NCBI GenBank assembly: GCA_951406725.2
Contig: OX597818.1
Coordinates: 101,928,001 to 101,992,000, forward strand
Reading direction: 5' to 3'
Length of the DNA: 64,000 nucleotides
DNA from: Octopus vulgaris
Lineage: Eukaryota
In this document: positions 37,900 through 51,139 of the stretch, piece by piece
How positions within the stretch are numbered: position 1 is the first letter of the stretch
How the letters are laid out: every line of letters starts with the position of its first letter
Notes under the pieces: model-generated
The model's input: only the letters and a program-made list of their open reading frames with translations
Told to the model about the DNA's origin: nothing
Databases searched by the model: none
Made by a program: the position numbers and the translations under genes

Positions 37900-39090
37900 A
37901 TACAAATGACGCCGTTGGTATTGTACTTTCAATAGCTCCAGTAAATGGAAGTTTGCTTCTGACTGACACCGCTTCTATTCATAAGCAGTAGGAAGAATAT
38001 TTATGTGAACTGTTGAGTAGACCATGATGTGCTTCTATGAGGATGACAAAAGAAATCAAATACCTTCCAGTTATAGAAAAGATGGCATTTGAATCAATTC
38101 TAAATTACATTAGTTAGCTGTGAATAAGCAGAATAAAGATAGTTCTCCAGGGTGTGATGCAATCTGCACAGAGGTCTTGAAATATGGGGGTGACAAAATT
38201 CTTGAACTCTTGAATATATTAATTTATCACTGTTGGAGAACTGAGAAAGTGCCTCAAGATTGCATTGATGACATTTTAGTATCCTTGTGTACACCGGGGC
38301 CAAAGGATCTGTGTGATAATTTTCGTAGGATTTCGCTTTTGTCTGTGGTTATTTTTCCGCATTCTGTTAGAACGTTTAAATAGCGTCATAGTTCCAAATA
38401 TGGTGTTTGAGTTTCAGTGGACTTTCCGCTCCCTCGTGGGCAGAGCTGATTGTATCTTTACTATAAGTTATAAGAAAAGAACATTGAACGGCATCTTGCC
38501 CTTTGCCATTGTTTTGTTGATTTGAGCAAAGCATTTGATACTGTTAATCGAAATGCTCAGTAGCTAATTCTTATGAAAACAGTTTGTCCAGAAAAATTGT
38601 AAACAGGATCAGGGTTTTGCATCAAGATATGAAAGCTCGATTTAATGTTGGTGGCAGGTTCTCTGAAACTTTGGCCGCGGGAAAAGGGTAAAGCAAGGAA
38701 ACCCTGATGCACCCACCATTTTGCAATATGTTTTGCTATTGTGTAGTCACACGCTTTTCGGAACTCTGAGAAGAATATTTGCATAAAGTATCGAACACCA
38801 GGGAGTGGTTTTAATCTGACTAGACTGAAATTCAAAACGAAGGTTTTTACTTCACCCATTAAGGACCTGTTATACGCGGACGAATGCGATCTAGTCAGTT
38901 ATTCTGAAACAGGCCTGTAATCTCATGTATCTGCTTCTAATGGTTTTGGCTTAACCATCAACTTGGAGAAATCAGTTGTAATGAGGCTACCTGCATGTGG
39001 TGCTGTTTTCAACCACAATATAATTGTTTTTTAAGGCAAACTACTTGATATTGTTGATTCTTCCATTTACCTTGGAAGCTCTGTACAAAT
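37900..39090 (+). pseudogene. Decayed RTE-clade LINE reverse transcriptase fragment
   Basis: SPGCDAICTEVLKYGG, DNFRRISLLSV, RILLERL, DCIFT, VDLSKAFDTVNR, DLLYADECDLV, FIYLGS, with frameshifts and stops. Confidence 0.88.
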
Positions 39091-40282
39091 TGATAAAAAC
39101 TGAACAACGATCTGCATGAATATTCTGTATATATTTTTTGATATTTGGAATAGGTTCAAATATTTTAGAAAATTGTTATAGTTGTGAATGAAATCTTAGA
39201 GATAAATTGTGTAGAACCGATTAGAAATAAAGCTAAAGAAATGAAAACAAGTTAATTTATAGAATACACAAGGAAAGCAATCAACGTAATAAGCATATCA
39301 ATAATAATAAAGTTGTATGAAATGTTCATTTTTAAATTGAGTTAAATTCAAAGAAAACTAAAATGTTATGCATTGTATTGTATATTATCTTTGGAATTAG
39401 GAAACTAACGATTGAACCTACATACAAACAACTGAGTATAGAATAATATATAATGTTTAACAGAAGTAGCAACAAAAGAGCAATCAGGGAATTCATGGAA
39501 AACTTTCATAAACCTTTCTGTGAATCAGTAAATTCCAATGATTTAAGATGTATAAATGCAGAGAAACGTCAATGGAATAAAGTTATCCACTTCCTTTCTT
39601 CAACATTTGTTATGTTCTAATAATTTGCATAAATTTCCTTTCAATTTAATCGTCATATAGAAGCTGTATACGTTTGTGCTATACTTAAGTACAATGCCGC
39701 TCGTTTTATATGAGCAGAGAAAAGCTTTCAAAACTGCGATGATAATTAATTGGGGACCAAGCTATATTGTCTTTGATTGAATATTTTTGTAAGGAAACAT
39801 AAGCTAGTCTAAAGAAACATCAGTAGTATACATCATTGAATAGATTTATCATATTCGTTGAAGCAGTACTTTTGTGTACCAATCTTCATTTAATTTGTTT
39901 GTAATTTCCTAGTATTAAGGTGCAGATTAAAAGTACACTGGCGGATAATTGATGAGAACAGTGTATATATTTCAATATAAACGAAGTCTACTTTTCGAAA
40001 CTGAAGATGCTTATCAGCAGTGGCAAAGATATCAATGTCTGTAAATATAATTTATATGTACACAAGAATTTCTGTCTTAGTATTTCATTCACAGCACATA
40101 TCAAAATATACATTCTAGGGACAGCAAATAGACACACACACACACACGTACACACATACACAAACACACATATATAAACTGAAGGTGAATCGGAGAAGGG
40201 AATATCTTGAATAAAATCCCAATTAACTGATCTATTTGTATTTTATTTTATCAAAAACCAGCAACATTTCAACCACAAACCT

Positions 40283-40335
40283 TCGTGGCCGTGGCCGTGG
40301 CCGTGGCCGTGGCTGTGGCCGTGGCCGTGGCCGTG
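40283..40335 (+). repeat. (CGTGGC)n hexamer run at the head of a decayed SINE family B copy (to ~40460)
   Basis: About 8 units running into gcggtaagatctttgcttctgaaccaca. Confidence 0.8.
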
Positions 40336-40501
40336 CGGTAAGATCTTTGCTTCTGAACCACATTCTTTCACATCCCTTCCTTGTGCGTAGCATTTTCGGA
40401 AAGTGTCTTCTATATATAGTCACTTGTCTTTGATTGCATTTGGTTCACGGAAATGAAAGTATCCCTTCACACAAACGCTCATACACACACTCACACGCAC
40501 G

Positions 40502-40537
<36 letters not shown>

Positions 40538-41873
40538 TATATATACGTATAAATTGATTGAGTAAACAGAAGATCGATATGGTATAAATTTATTTTGTAC
40601 GACTGTCGTCACAACCGATTCTGCAACTCTCATTTATAGGTGGGATGCTGTGCATCATACGATGTTGCATCAATCTTGCAGTCTGTGTAACATCGGATCA
40701 AACACTACGCAATTCCCAAAGTAGATTCAAAGGAAATATGCCCCAACTGCAGGTAATACCAGGTAGCCCTAATTGTGCCAGTGTTTTACTCAGCACATCA
40801 GCACACTAATTGACAAACAGACACACACATAAATATATGGAGAGATAGGCTGAAACCAGAGGGTCAATCCATATTCCATATCTTAATATATTTTCACCAA
40901 TTCAAATTTTAGATTTCAATTCACCTGCAGGCGATATTCTGCTTTTTCACACGACATAATCCGTTTATTCATAAATGAAAATCGCTTCGGAAACAGATGC
41001 AGAGAACTTTATCCTACTTCTATTCTTTCTTTGTTTCTTGAAGTGTGTGTGTGTACGTGTGTTTTTGTGTGTCTGTGTGTTTGTGAGATGAGATAAATTT
41101 TTGTTCATACTTGAGCGTTTATCAGAATATCAGAAACATCATATTTTGTTCATAGCAGGTGTTAAAGCGGATGCAATACCTTGTTATATATTGCTTTCAC
41201 TGAGCAAACATTGTATACGAATTTATGTATTTGTGTCTACCTCTGTTTCTGTTTACACAATGAAATATACATAAATATATGTATATGCTAGTGTTTGTGC
41301 GTGTGTGTCTATGTGTGTATAGATAAAGATAAATATATGCATATATATGTATGTACAAAGGTATAAGTATATACGTGTGTGTGTGTGTAAATGTGTATGC
41401 ATGTATGTTTCTATGTACGTGTGTGTATATCTATGTGTGTGTGTGTTTCTCTTAGTACTCTAATTTTCTTTGAAGCATTGCAATGTACGTAAATGATGTA
41501 AATCTTTGCAAACTCTATGAGCGATGCAGGTGAGGCTTCTAGCAAATTTTGCGTACTGGTGTCAATAATTCAAAGCATAAAAGAAATGATATTTTATAAC
41601 TGTTCAGCTATTGTTTAAAAATCTTATATTTACTGGAAACAAAATCTTCACTTACCAAATAATAAAAAGAACAGTATCAAAGCCGTCGGAAAAGTAGTTT
41701 TTGGCAAACTCTTACTTTTATATTGTACAGGATTTTAGGTTAATGTATTTTTAGTTTGGCTCATGAAGTTAGGCTGTATCTGTAGCAATATGTAATAGGT
41801 TTTAATAACTGATACTATAGTATATACCATGCCATAACAAGTCACTTAAGTCAGTAAATTTTAGGCTGTTGTA

Positions 41874-43165
41874 TTAGGCTGTTCCGAAAATAGTGGCCGC
41901 TCTAAGTATTGTGATTTGAAACGCAATTTTAGCATACTATTTTAATTATGTTTCAGGTGAATTTCGACATACTTAATATCTGATGCATACTCTTTAATAA
42001 TTTTCTACTTATTTCAGACAGAAAGCATCATTGAAGCGTAGGCGCCCTTAATAATGAAAATGACATAAAAGGACTTTCGCTTACTTTTCTTGCATGAGTT
42101 AAGCTTGGGCAGAAAGCCTCCCAAACTGCTGCCAATTTCAACGGAGCGTGGAGAAAGGCATCCAAAAGTGATCGCACAGTACAAAGGTGGTTTCAGGAAT
42201 TCCGTAGTAGTAATGAGAAATTTCAAGATGATGAAAATAGAAGACGGCCATGCAGTCTTGACATTGAAGATTTGAAAGCATTTGTTGAACAAAACCCACG
42301 TGGAAATTTCAGAGAAACGTCTCAGGCACTTGGTGTCGGTAATGTAACGGTCTCACGCTATATACAGAAAACTGGTAAAATGAGAAAGCTTGATAAATGG
42401 GAACAGCATGAGCTCAATTAAAATTAAAATTTTCGGCATTTTGGAAGTGCGCTCGATGCCCTTCCTTCAAAAGATCAATGATCCTTTTCTTCGCTGTATA
42501 ATCACTTGTGACGAAAAGTGGATCCGTTATGATTAGCGTAAACGCTCAGGTCAATGATTTGATCGTGATGCGCCCCCCCAAAACATTTTCCAAAGCCGAA
42601 GTTGCATCAGTAAAATTACGATGACTCTCTGGTGATCTGTAATTACTGTTGTCCATTACAGCTTTCTGGAAGCCAATCAGAGCATTTCAGCAGAGGTTTT
42701 CTGCAATCAACCCGATGAAATTCAGTGTCACCTGCCAAATATGAAACCTGCATTTGGGGAATTAGCGTGACCCAATACTGCTCCACGATAATGCAAAGAA
42801 TGCAAAGCTACATGTTGCAAGAATGACGCTACAGAAACTCACAGACTTGTGATACGAGACTTTACATCATCCTCCATATTCTCCTAAACTTTCACCCATG
42901 GACTACCATTTTTTTAAGCATTTAAGCACATTTTTAAGTGATGAAACTTGCAGGTCCAAACTAGAGGTGGAATCCACTTTCAATGGTTTCTTATCAAAGC
43001 AAACAAGTTTATTTTACCAACGAGCCATAAATAATCTCGTTGATAGATGGCAGAGATGCAGAGATATTCACGGTTCATACTTTGATTAATCACAACATTT
43101 CTATTGTTAATTTTTCCAGAATAAAATTATTTCTGAAATTCGCCATAATTTTCGGAACAACTTAA
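41874..43165 (+). mobile_element. Full-length decayed mariner (DD34D-type) transposon, 1292 bp
   Basis: TIRs ttaggctgttccgaaaatagtggc / gccataattttcggaacaacttaa with flanking TA duplication. Remnant motifs IITCDEKWI, LLHDNA, HPPYSPKLSPMDYHFF. Confidence 0.92.
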
Positions 43166-43894
43166 TAGTTCACAGAGAAACATTTAAAACTTAATGTAAA
43201 CTTAGTTATTTGATAACTTATTTCGGCAAATTTCAAATTTACTTAGGTAAGTTTGCCGGAAAATTTATGTTTCAGGCGGCTTTGATCCTGTTCTCTATAT
43301 TATTTGGTATATAAAGATTTTGTTTCCACTAAATATATATCTTTTTAACAATATGTTATACGAGATTTTGAGATGTGTAAAACAATGCTGGCGTTCATTC
43401 CAAAAATTTTGTAAAGTAACTGTATCTAGCATTTTATGGAAGCAAGCTGAAAAATACCCTATGTAATAGATTATTATTAATTTTCTGGAATCGTTAGTTC
43501 ATGTGACTTCCCAATACCGTCAGTTCTCAAGTGGTGATCTAGCAGAATCGTTACAACAAGGTTATAAGCGCTTCGCGCAGTTCACCGGTTTTATGCCCTG
43601 AATACAAATTCCCTTAAGTTCGTCTTTGCCTTTAATACTTTCAAGAACGATAAAATAAGCACCTGTTCAGCATCGGTGTCGATGAAATCGACTTATCTAC
43701 TATTCCGAAAGGTTGGCCTTTATCGCAAATTTGAAACCAATAACATTTTTTCTGAGAATTCACTTTCATCAGTATAAAGTTATAGAATGAAAGAGTATTT
43801 CAACGGAACACCGCATGAGGGGTTAAAAATTAGCAATAACTCTGGACGAATTCGTCATTTCGGAATGTTGAAGCTAAAAAAGTGCGCACCATTT

Positions 43895-46800
43895 TCCTCG
43901 AAACATTTGAAAAGTTTTTCCAAAATTTTCTTCAAAATTTTTTTAAAGTTTTCTAAAATTTGCATCAAAATCTTTAAAATGTTTTTATCAAAATTTTCAT
44001 CAAAATATTTCAAAAGATTTTACAAAATTTTCATTAAACGTTTTGAAAAGATTTTCCAAAATTTTCATCAAAATCTTTGTAAAGTTTTTCCATAATTTTC
44101 TTCAAAAGCTTTGAAAAGCTTTTTCCAAAATTTTCACCAAAATTTTGAAAAGTTTTTCAAAATTTTCATTAAAACCTTTGAAAAGTTTTTCTGCAAAATT
44201 TTTGAAAACATTTTCAAAATTTTCAACAAAATCTTTGAAAAGTTTTTCCCCAATTTTCATCAAAATTTCTGAAAACTACATCAAAATTTTGATCAAAACA
44301 TCTGAAAAGTTTTACAAAATTTTCATCAAAATCTTTGAAAAGTTTTCAGAATTTTAATCAAAATGTTTGAAAACTATTTCAAAATTTTCATCAAAATGTT
44401 TGAAAACTTTTTCAAAGTTTTAATCAAAATCTTTGAAAAGGTTTTTCAAAATTTTCACCAAAATTTTTGAAAAGGTTTTCAAAATATTCATCAAACATTT
44501 TGAAAAGTCTTTGAACATTTTACACAACAGCCTTAAAAAGATTTTCAAAAATTTTCACCGAAATTTTTCAAAAGTTTCTCAAAATTCTCATCAAAGTCTT
44601 TGAAATGTTTTTTAAAATTTTCATTAAAATATTTCAAGAGTTTCTCCAAAATTTTCATTAAAATCTATGAAAAGCTTTTCAAAATATTCATCAAAATCTT
44701 TGAAAAGATTTAAAAAATTTTCGTTAAAATCTTTGAAAACTTTTTCAAAATCTTGGAAATGTATTTCCAAAATTTTCAACAAAATTTTTGAAAACTTTTC
44801 CAAAATTGTCATCAAAGTCTATGAAAAGGTTTTTCCAAAATTTTAACGAAAGTTTTTGAAAATTTTTTCAAAATGTTCATCAAAATCTTTTAATTGTTTT
44901 TCCAAAATTTTCACCAAAATTTTTGAATAGTTTTAAAAAATATTTATCAAAATTTTGAAAAGATTTAGAAAATTGTTTTTAAAATCTTTGAAATCTTTTT
45001 CAAAACATTCATGTAAAAGTTGGAAATGTTTTTTCAAAATTTTAACCAAAATGTTTGAAAAGATTTTCAAAATTTTCATCCAAATCTTTGAAACCTTTTT
45101 CAAATTTTCATGAAAATTTTTGAAAACTATTTCAAAATTTTTATCAAAATCTTTGAAAAGATTTTCCAAAATTTTCACCAAAGTTTTTTAAATGGTTTCA
45201 AAATTTTCCTCAAATTTTTGAAAAGTTTTTAAAAATCTTATACAAATTTTGATCAAAACATTTCCGAAATTTTCATTAAAATCTATGAAAAGGATTTAAA
45301 AAATTTTCATCAAAACCTTTGAAATGTTTTTCCAAAATTTTCACCCAAATATTTTTGAAAATTTTCAAAATTTTTTAATCAACATCTTTTTGAAAACTTT
45401 TTCAATATTTTCATCAAAATATTTTAAAACATTTTCGAAATTTTCAACAATATTTTGTTGAAAATTTCGAAAATGTTTTCTAAAATATTTTCACCAAAAT
45501 TTTTGGAAAAGATTTTCAAAATTTTCATCAAAATCTTTGAAATGCTTTTTTCCAATATTTTGAACAAAATTTTGAAAAGTTTTTCAAGGTTATCATCAAA
45601 ATCTTTGAAAGGATTTGTAAAATTTTCGTCAAAATCTTTGAAAACTTTTCCAAAATTTTCATTGAAATCTTTGAAAATATTTAAAAAATTTTCGTCAATA
45701 TCTTTGAAAATTTTTTCGAAATTTTCATCAAAATCTTTGGAAAATTTTTCAAAATTTTCGACATAATTTTGAAGAATTTTCAAAATTTTCATCAAAATGT
45801 TTGAAAGGTTTTCCAGAGTTTTCACCAAAATTTTTGAAATGTTTTTCAAAATTTTCCCGAAAATTTTTGCAAACTTTTTCAAAAATTTTAACACAACCAT
45901 TGAAATGTTTTTCCAGAATTTTCAACAAACTTTTTGAAAAGATTTTCAAATAAATTATTAAAATCGCTTAAAAGATTTGTATAATTTTCATCAAAATCTT
46001 TGAAAAGTTTTTCAAAATTTTAATCAACATCTTTGAAAACTTTTTCAAAATTTTCATCAAAATATTTAAAAATTTTTTCGAAATATTCAACATTGTTGAA
46101 ATAGTTTTTCCAAAATTTTCAACAGAATTTTTTAATCGTCTTTTCGAATTTACATCAGAATATTTAAAAAATGTTTACAAACTTTTACACAAAATCTTAG
46201 AAAAGTGTTTCCTGAATTTTCAACAAAATTTTTGAAAATTTTTCGAAAATTTTCATCGAATAATTTCAAATTTTTTTCCAAAATTTTCATTAAAATTTTA
46301 GAAAAAGATTTTAAAAATTTTCGTCAACATCTTTGAAAACTTTTTTAAAAGATTCATCAAAATCTTTGCAAAATTTTTCAAAATTTTCACCAAAGTTTTT
46401 GAAAAGCTTTTCAAAATTTTTATCAAAATATTTGAAAAGATTTTTAAAATTTTTACCCCAATTTTTGGAAAATTTTGAAAAGATTTTGGCGAAAACTCTT
46501 GCAAACTTTTTTTAAATTTTCATCAAATCCTTTGAAATGTTTTTCCAGAATTTTCACCAAAGATTTGGAAGAGGTTTTCAAAATTTTCATTAAAATCTTC
46601 GAAAAGATTTTAAAAATTTTCATCAAAATCTTTGAAAAGTTTTCAAAATTTTCATCAACATCTTTGAAGACTTTTTCAAAATCTTCATCAAAACATTGAA
46701 AAGATTTGTAAAATTTTCGTCAAAATCTTTGAAAACTTTCATAATTTTTCCAAAATTTTCATCAAAATTTTTCCAAGATTTCATCAAATTATTACAAAAC

Positions 46801-47585
46801 TTTTTCCATAATTTTCATTAAAATCTTTGAAAAAATTTTTTTAATTTTCGTCAAAATCTTTGAAACCTTTTTCAAAATTTTCATCAAAATCTTTGGAAAA
46901 TTTTGAAAAATTTTCGCCAAAATTTTTGAAGGATTTTCAAAATCTTCATCAAAAGGTTTTCCAGAATTTTCACCAAACTTTTTGAAAAGGTTTTCAAAAT
47001 TTTCATTAAGATCTCTGAAAAGATTTTTAAAATTTTCATCAAAATCTTTGAAAAGTTTTTCAAAATTTTGGTCAACATTTTTGAAAACTTTTTCAAAATT
47101 TTAATCAAAATATTTTAAATTCTTTTCGAAATGTTCAAAAAAATTTTCATTAATATCTTTGAAAAAATTTTCCAAAATTTTCATCAAAATATCTGAATAG
47201 TTTTCGAAAATTTTCATGAAAAGTTTTTTCAAAATTTTTACCAAAATTTTTGAAAAGTTTTTCAAATTTTTCCTCAAATCCTTTGAAAAATTTTTAGAAA
47301 ATTATCATCAAAATCGTTGTAAGCTTTTACAATAAAATCTTTGAAAACTTTTTCAAAATTTTCACCAATATCATTGAAATGTTTTTCAAAATTTTGATCT
47401 AAATCTTTGAAAGGTTTTTCAAAAATTTAGACCAAATTTTCGAAACGTTTTTCAAAATTTCACCAAAATCTTTGAAAAGGTTTTTAGAAATTTTAATTAA
47501 TATATTTCAAAAGTATTTCCAAAATTTCTGAAAAGTTTTTCAAAATTTTAATGAAAACATTTGAAAAGTTTTTGGAAATTATCAT
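43895..47585. repeat. Degenerate ~33-bp AT-rich satellite array (~3.7 kb) with ~11-bp sub-period
   Basis: Approximate consensus aaaattttcatcaaaatctttgaaaagtttttc. Confidence 0.93.
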
Positions 47586-47744
47586 CACTCTTTTTTTTCT
47601 CTTTTCTGCTCAATCCCTTTGTGGAATATTGCAGGCTCGCAGTATCAAAGAATTTTCGATGCTGCCCGAACGTTAAACTACACAATCCGTGTGTTGTTCC
47701 TTCAACTATCTTCATTTATTGAATTATATTTATTTACTCGTTTT

Positions 47745-48086
47745 AAAGATTTGTCAGCGGCAATACTGGAGCCACGCCATCAGTCGAGCAAATGGACAGC
47801 AGGACTTATTCTATCTTTCCTATTTGCCGAACCGCAGCATTGCTTGTCAAGGGATATTGGGAGACAAACAGAGACACACACACATATACACACATATATA
47901 CGCGCATATATATGTATTTATACGACGGTCTTCTTTCAGTTTCCCTCTACCAAATCCACTCACCAGGCTTTGGTCGACCGGAGGTTATAGTAGAAGACAC
48001 TTGCCCAAGATGCCACACAGTGGGACTGAAACCGGAACCATGTGCGTAGTAAGTAAGCTACTTACCACACAGCCACTCCGGCGCCT
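47745..48086 (-). mobile_element. SINE family B copy
   Basis: Reverse complement of 31092-31530, including the internal microsatellite. Confidence 0.82.
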
Positions 48087-48099
48087 AGATATAATTGTA

Positions 48100-48150
<51 letters not shown>

Positions 48151-48216
48151 ATGCATATGTATGTGTGCACATGTTTATATATATGTATATATGAATGTGT
48201 ATATATATATATATAT

Positions 48217-48255
<39 letters not shown>

Positions 48256-49077
48256 CAGAGAGAGAGAGAGAGACGGAGGAAGAGAAGACCTTTTAGTGAA
48301 ATAGAGAGACAGCGGTAGAAAGAGAGATGGGAAAATTCAGTAATAACACTCAAAATTATAGTATTTTCTTTGTTTAAATGAAAAACTACTTCTGTTTTTC
48401 CTTTATGTTTGAAAAGAAGACGACAAAAATATACCGTTATAATGAAAATATTTAATTATATATGTGAAATATCTTACAAAAAATGAGAAAATTTTGACCT
48501 CTAGCAAACCAAGTCGCCAGCACCAACTAAGTAAATTATCCAACTAATATCTCTGCGTCCTTATATGAAGACCCACAATATTCAGAACACAAATCCGATA
48601 TTGGAAGAGACTTCAAAATCATGTCTTAGACATTAGTAAACTTCTTTTAGGGAAATGTAATTAAAGGTAGATATGAAGGTGAGTTGGAGGTATGTGCAGC
48701 ACGTTGCTACATTCCTTATATGTTGGTATTCTCCCTACTTATGGCATATGACACCTTTGCATCCCACCAGATTAGAAACCACTAACCTAACCTGTCCTTC
48801 AAGGCTTTCTCATATACGAAGTTCACATATCTTCTTGGAGGAGAGAAGAGGATGAGTCGGTTTGGGTAACCATTATTTGGGAGTTTTTTTTATGGAGTGG
48901 AATTTTAAATTCTACCTCAACGTCATTGAGTTGCCTTTCACGACGCTCAGGGTAAACGTTGACTCTTTTTTACGCAATACTGTCTCCAGGGAGCCTAGAC
49001 CAAGGACTATATTCTATATCATATTATTGGTTTTAAACACAGTACGTGTTCATCGAATGCATACGTCCAGTAATAGC

Positions 49078-49109
<32 letters not shown>

Positions 49110-49388
49110 AAACGTTAATCCCTACGTATTATTGCTCTCTGGTTGATTTTCGTTCTCTCTCCATTTTCACTTCTCAAAAGTTTCTGTTGAAAAACGTAGG
49201 CTCGATAAATTAAAATATTTTCCGTTCTTCCCGAGCGTCAAACCAATGCTCGGGAAGAGCATTATTATCCCCTCACTTGTTTTCATTTTCTTTTCTTTAG
49301 ATTTGTATATGTATAGATATATTTTTGTCTGTGTGTGTATGTGCCTGTGTGTGTATCTTTTCTTGAGTGTGGGTGTGTTTTGTTTTCT

Positions 49389-49420
<32 letters not shown>

Positions 49421-51139
49421 TATTAGTTCTGGCTTTTGAGATTCATTATCAGTGTGCATAGGACATGAATTCAAAATGAATACTTAAAATGCATTTTGTT
49501 ACATTATTACAGCACTACTTACACTGCTCTCGAATTTCAAAACAATCTCTAAAACTGCATAATTTACGCTTCATTAATGAGTGTATCTTATTGATTGTTT
49601 GAAATTTCCATGTAATATACATTGATTTCGATTATATATTTACATATATTAACTATAGGATAAATGAAGAAGAAGTTTAACTTGGTGAATAATTTTGCAT
49701 TTTTTGCGAGAAAAGAACATGCGTTGGATAACTACTAAGTACCACATGTATTGGTGATTTATTGAAATTCATCACTCATCCTTTCTTTCCTTTCATCAAA
49801 TGTAAAATCATAAACCTGTGAAAATATTCATGACATGTAAAGTTATCGGAGAAATCTTTAAAGAAGCTCAGATATGCAATACAAACCAAAGCAAATATAT
49901 TTCTTCAATTTCTCATTCATTTTGTGATAATATGATGCACAACAGCAAGTCTTATTGGAGCAGAACCATCAATTCGAAGAGAGCATCTGAGTATATTCGA
50001 TAACGTATTTGATTGTTGTATGTTACCATCACACATTAAATTCTATCACACCGCCTTACGGCTTATAAATATAGAACATTATTTGGTCATTTTATCTTAA
50101 ATTCTTTAGGATTTCACAAAGGGAATGTTGTGTTTGAAGTATCACTATTACGTCAACAAACATGTCTTCAAATATTTAATGACGTTGGATCGTGTTACTT
50201 GTTTCGTGTAAAATTGCCTTTGTTATTTAGGCTAAGCTCAGCCATGAGTCCTTCCAAATATTGTTATCCTGTTTTTCTCAGTTTCTGTTTTGAACAACAG
50301 AAATTTATATTTATATCGGATATGATCACTTCTTTAGGCAGCAGGATATGATTGGAGATTCAATGTAAACACTCACATGTGTAACTGGGACTGTCTTAAG
50401 GCATGCATTCACTGAACATTTGTTCGGGGGTGTCACACGCCTGGGGTCTTAGTCATGTTCTATAAATGCTGTATTGCTCTCAAGCATATACTTTAAGCGC
50501 TAGTGTATTTATTCCACTCTCAGCCTATAATGTGATAGGATGACTGAATCTGCTATACTTAAACATTCATTGAAAACGTTATACTTAATATAACCGTTGC
50601 TTCTCATCAAGATTTTACATTGCATTGTAACAACGATACATTGTTAAAGAATAAAACAATGCAGTATTCCCTATGTATATAATTATCAGATTCATACAAG
50701 AATCTGTTGTTATCATGCCACTGGATGCCACAAACTATTTGTATATTTTCTATTCTTCCTTAGATCTTGATTTCTACAAGATCAGTAAATTCTCAACTAA
50801 TTTCTTTTTGGCTATTGCTTGTGTTACTATAAGGATATAACGAGATTTGAGTTCAATAATTAGGTAGTATTTTTCGTTCGAGAAGGAAATTTTTCAAGGC
50901 TTTTCTGAGATACCTCCGACAAATCAACTTGAAATATAATGAAATGTTTGAGAACTACGACACAATACTAGGGCGTGGTAAAAATATCCTGACGTTAAAA
51001 GTATCGGAAAAGGCCTGGTTAGAGGCCCAAATTTCCGAGTTATTATACAGAGCTTTAAAAGTCTGAAGGACTGCTGCATACATTTTGTGAATCGGAAAAG
51101 GGAATACGGGGTTAATTTTTACAGCGTATCATCTTACCT

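Noticed and set aside
40640-40752. Possible plus-strand exon (ttatag...CAG/gtaata) with an open frame
   Set aside because: Weak splice signals, no partner exons, no recognisable protein.
43787-47108. K/F/I-rich amphipathic-looking ORFs on both strands
   Set aside because: By-product of the 33-bp satellite, with frequent frameshifts and stops.
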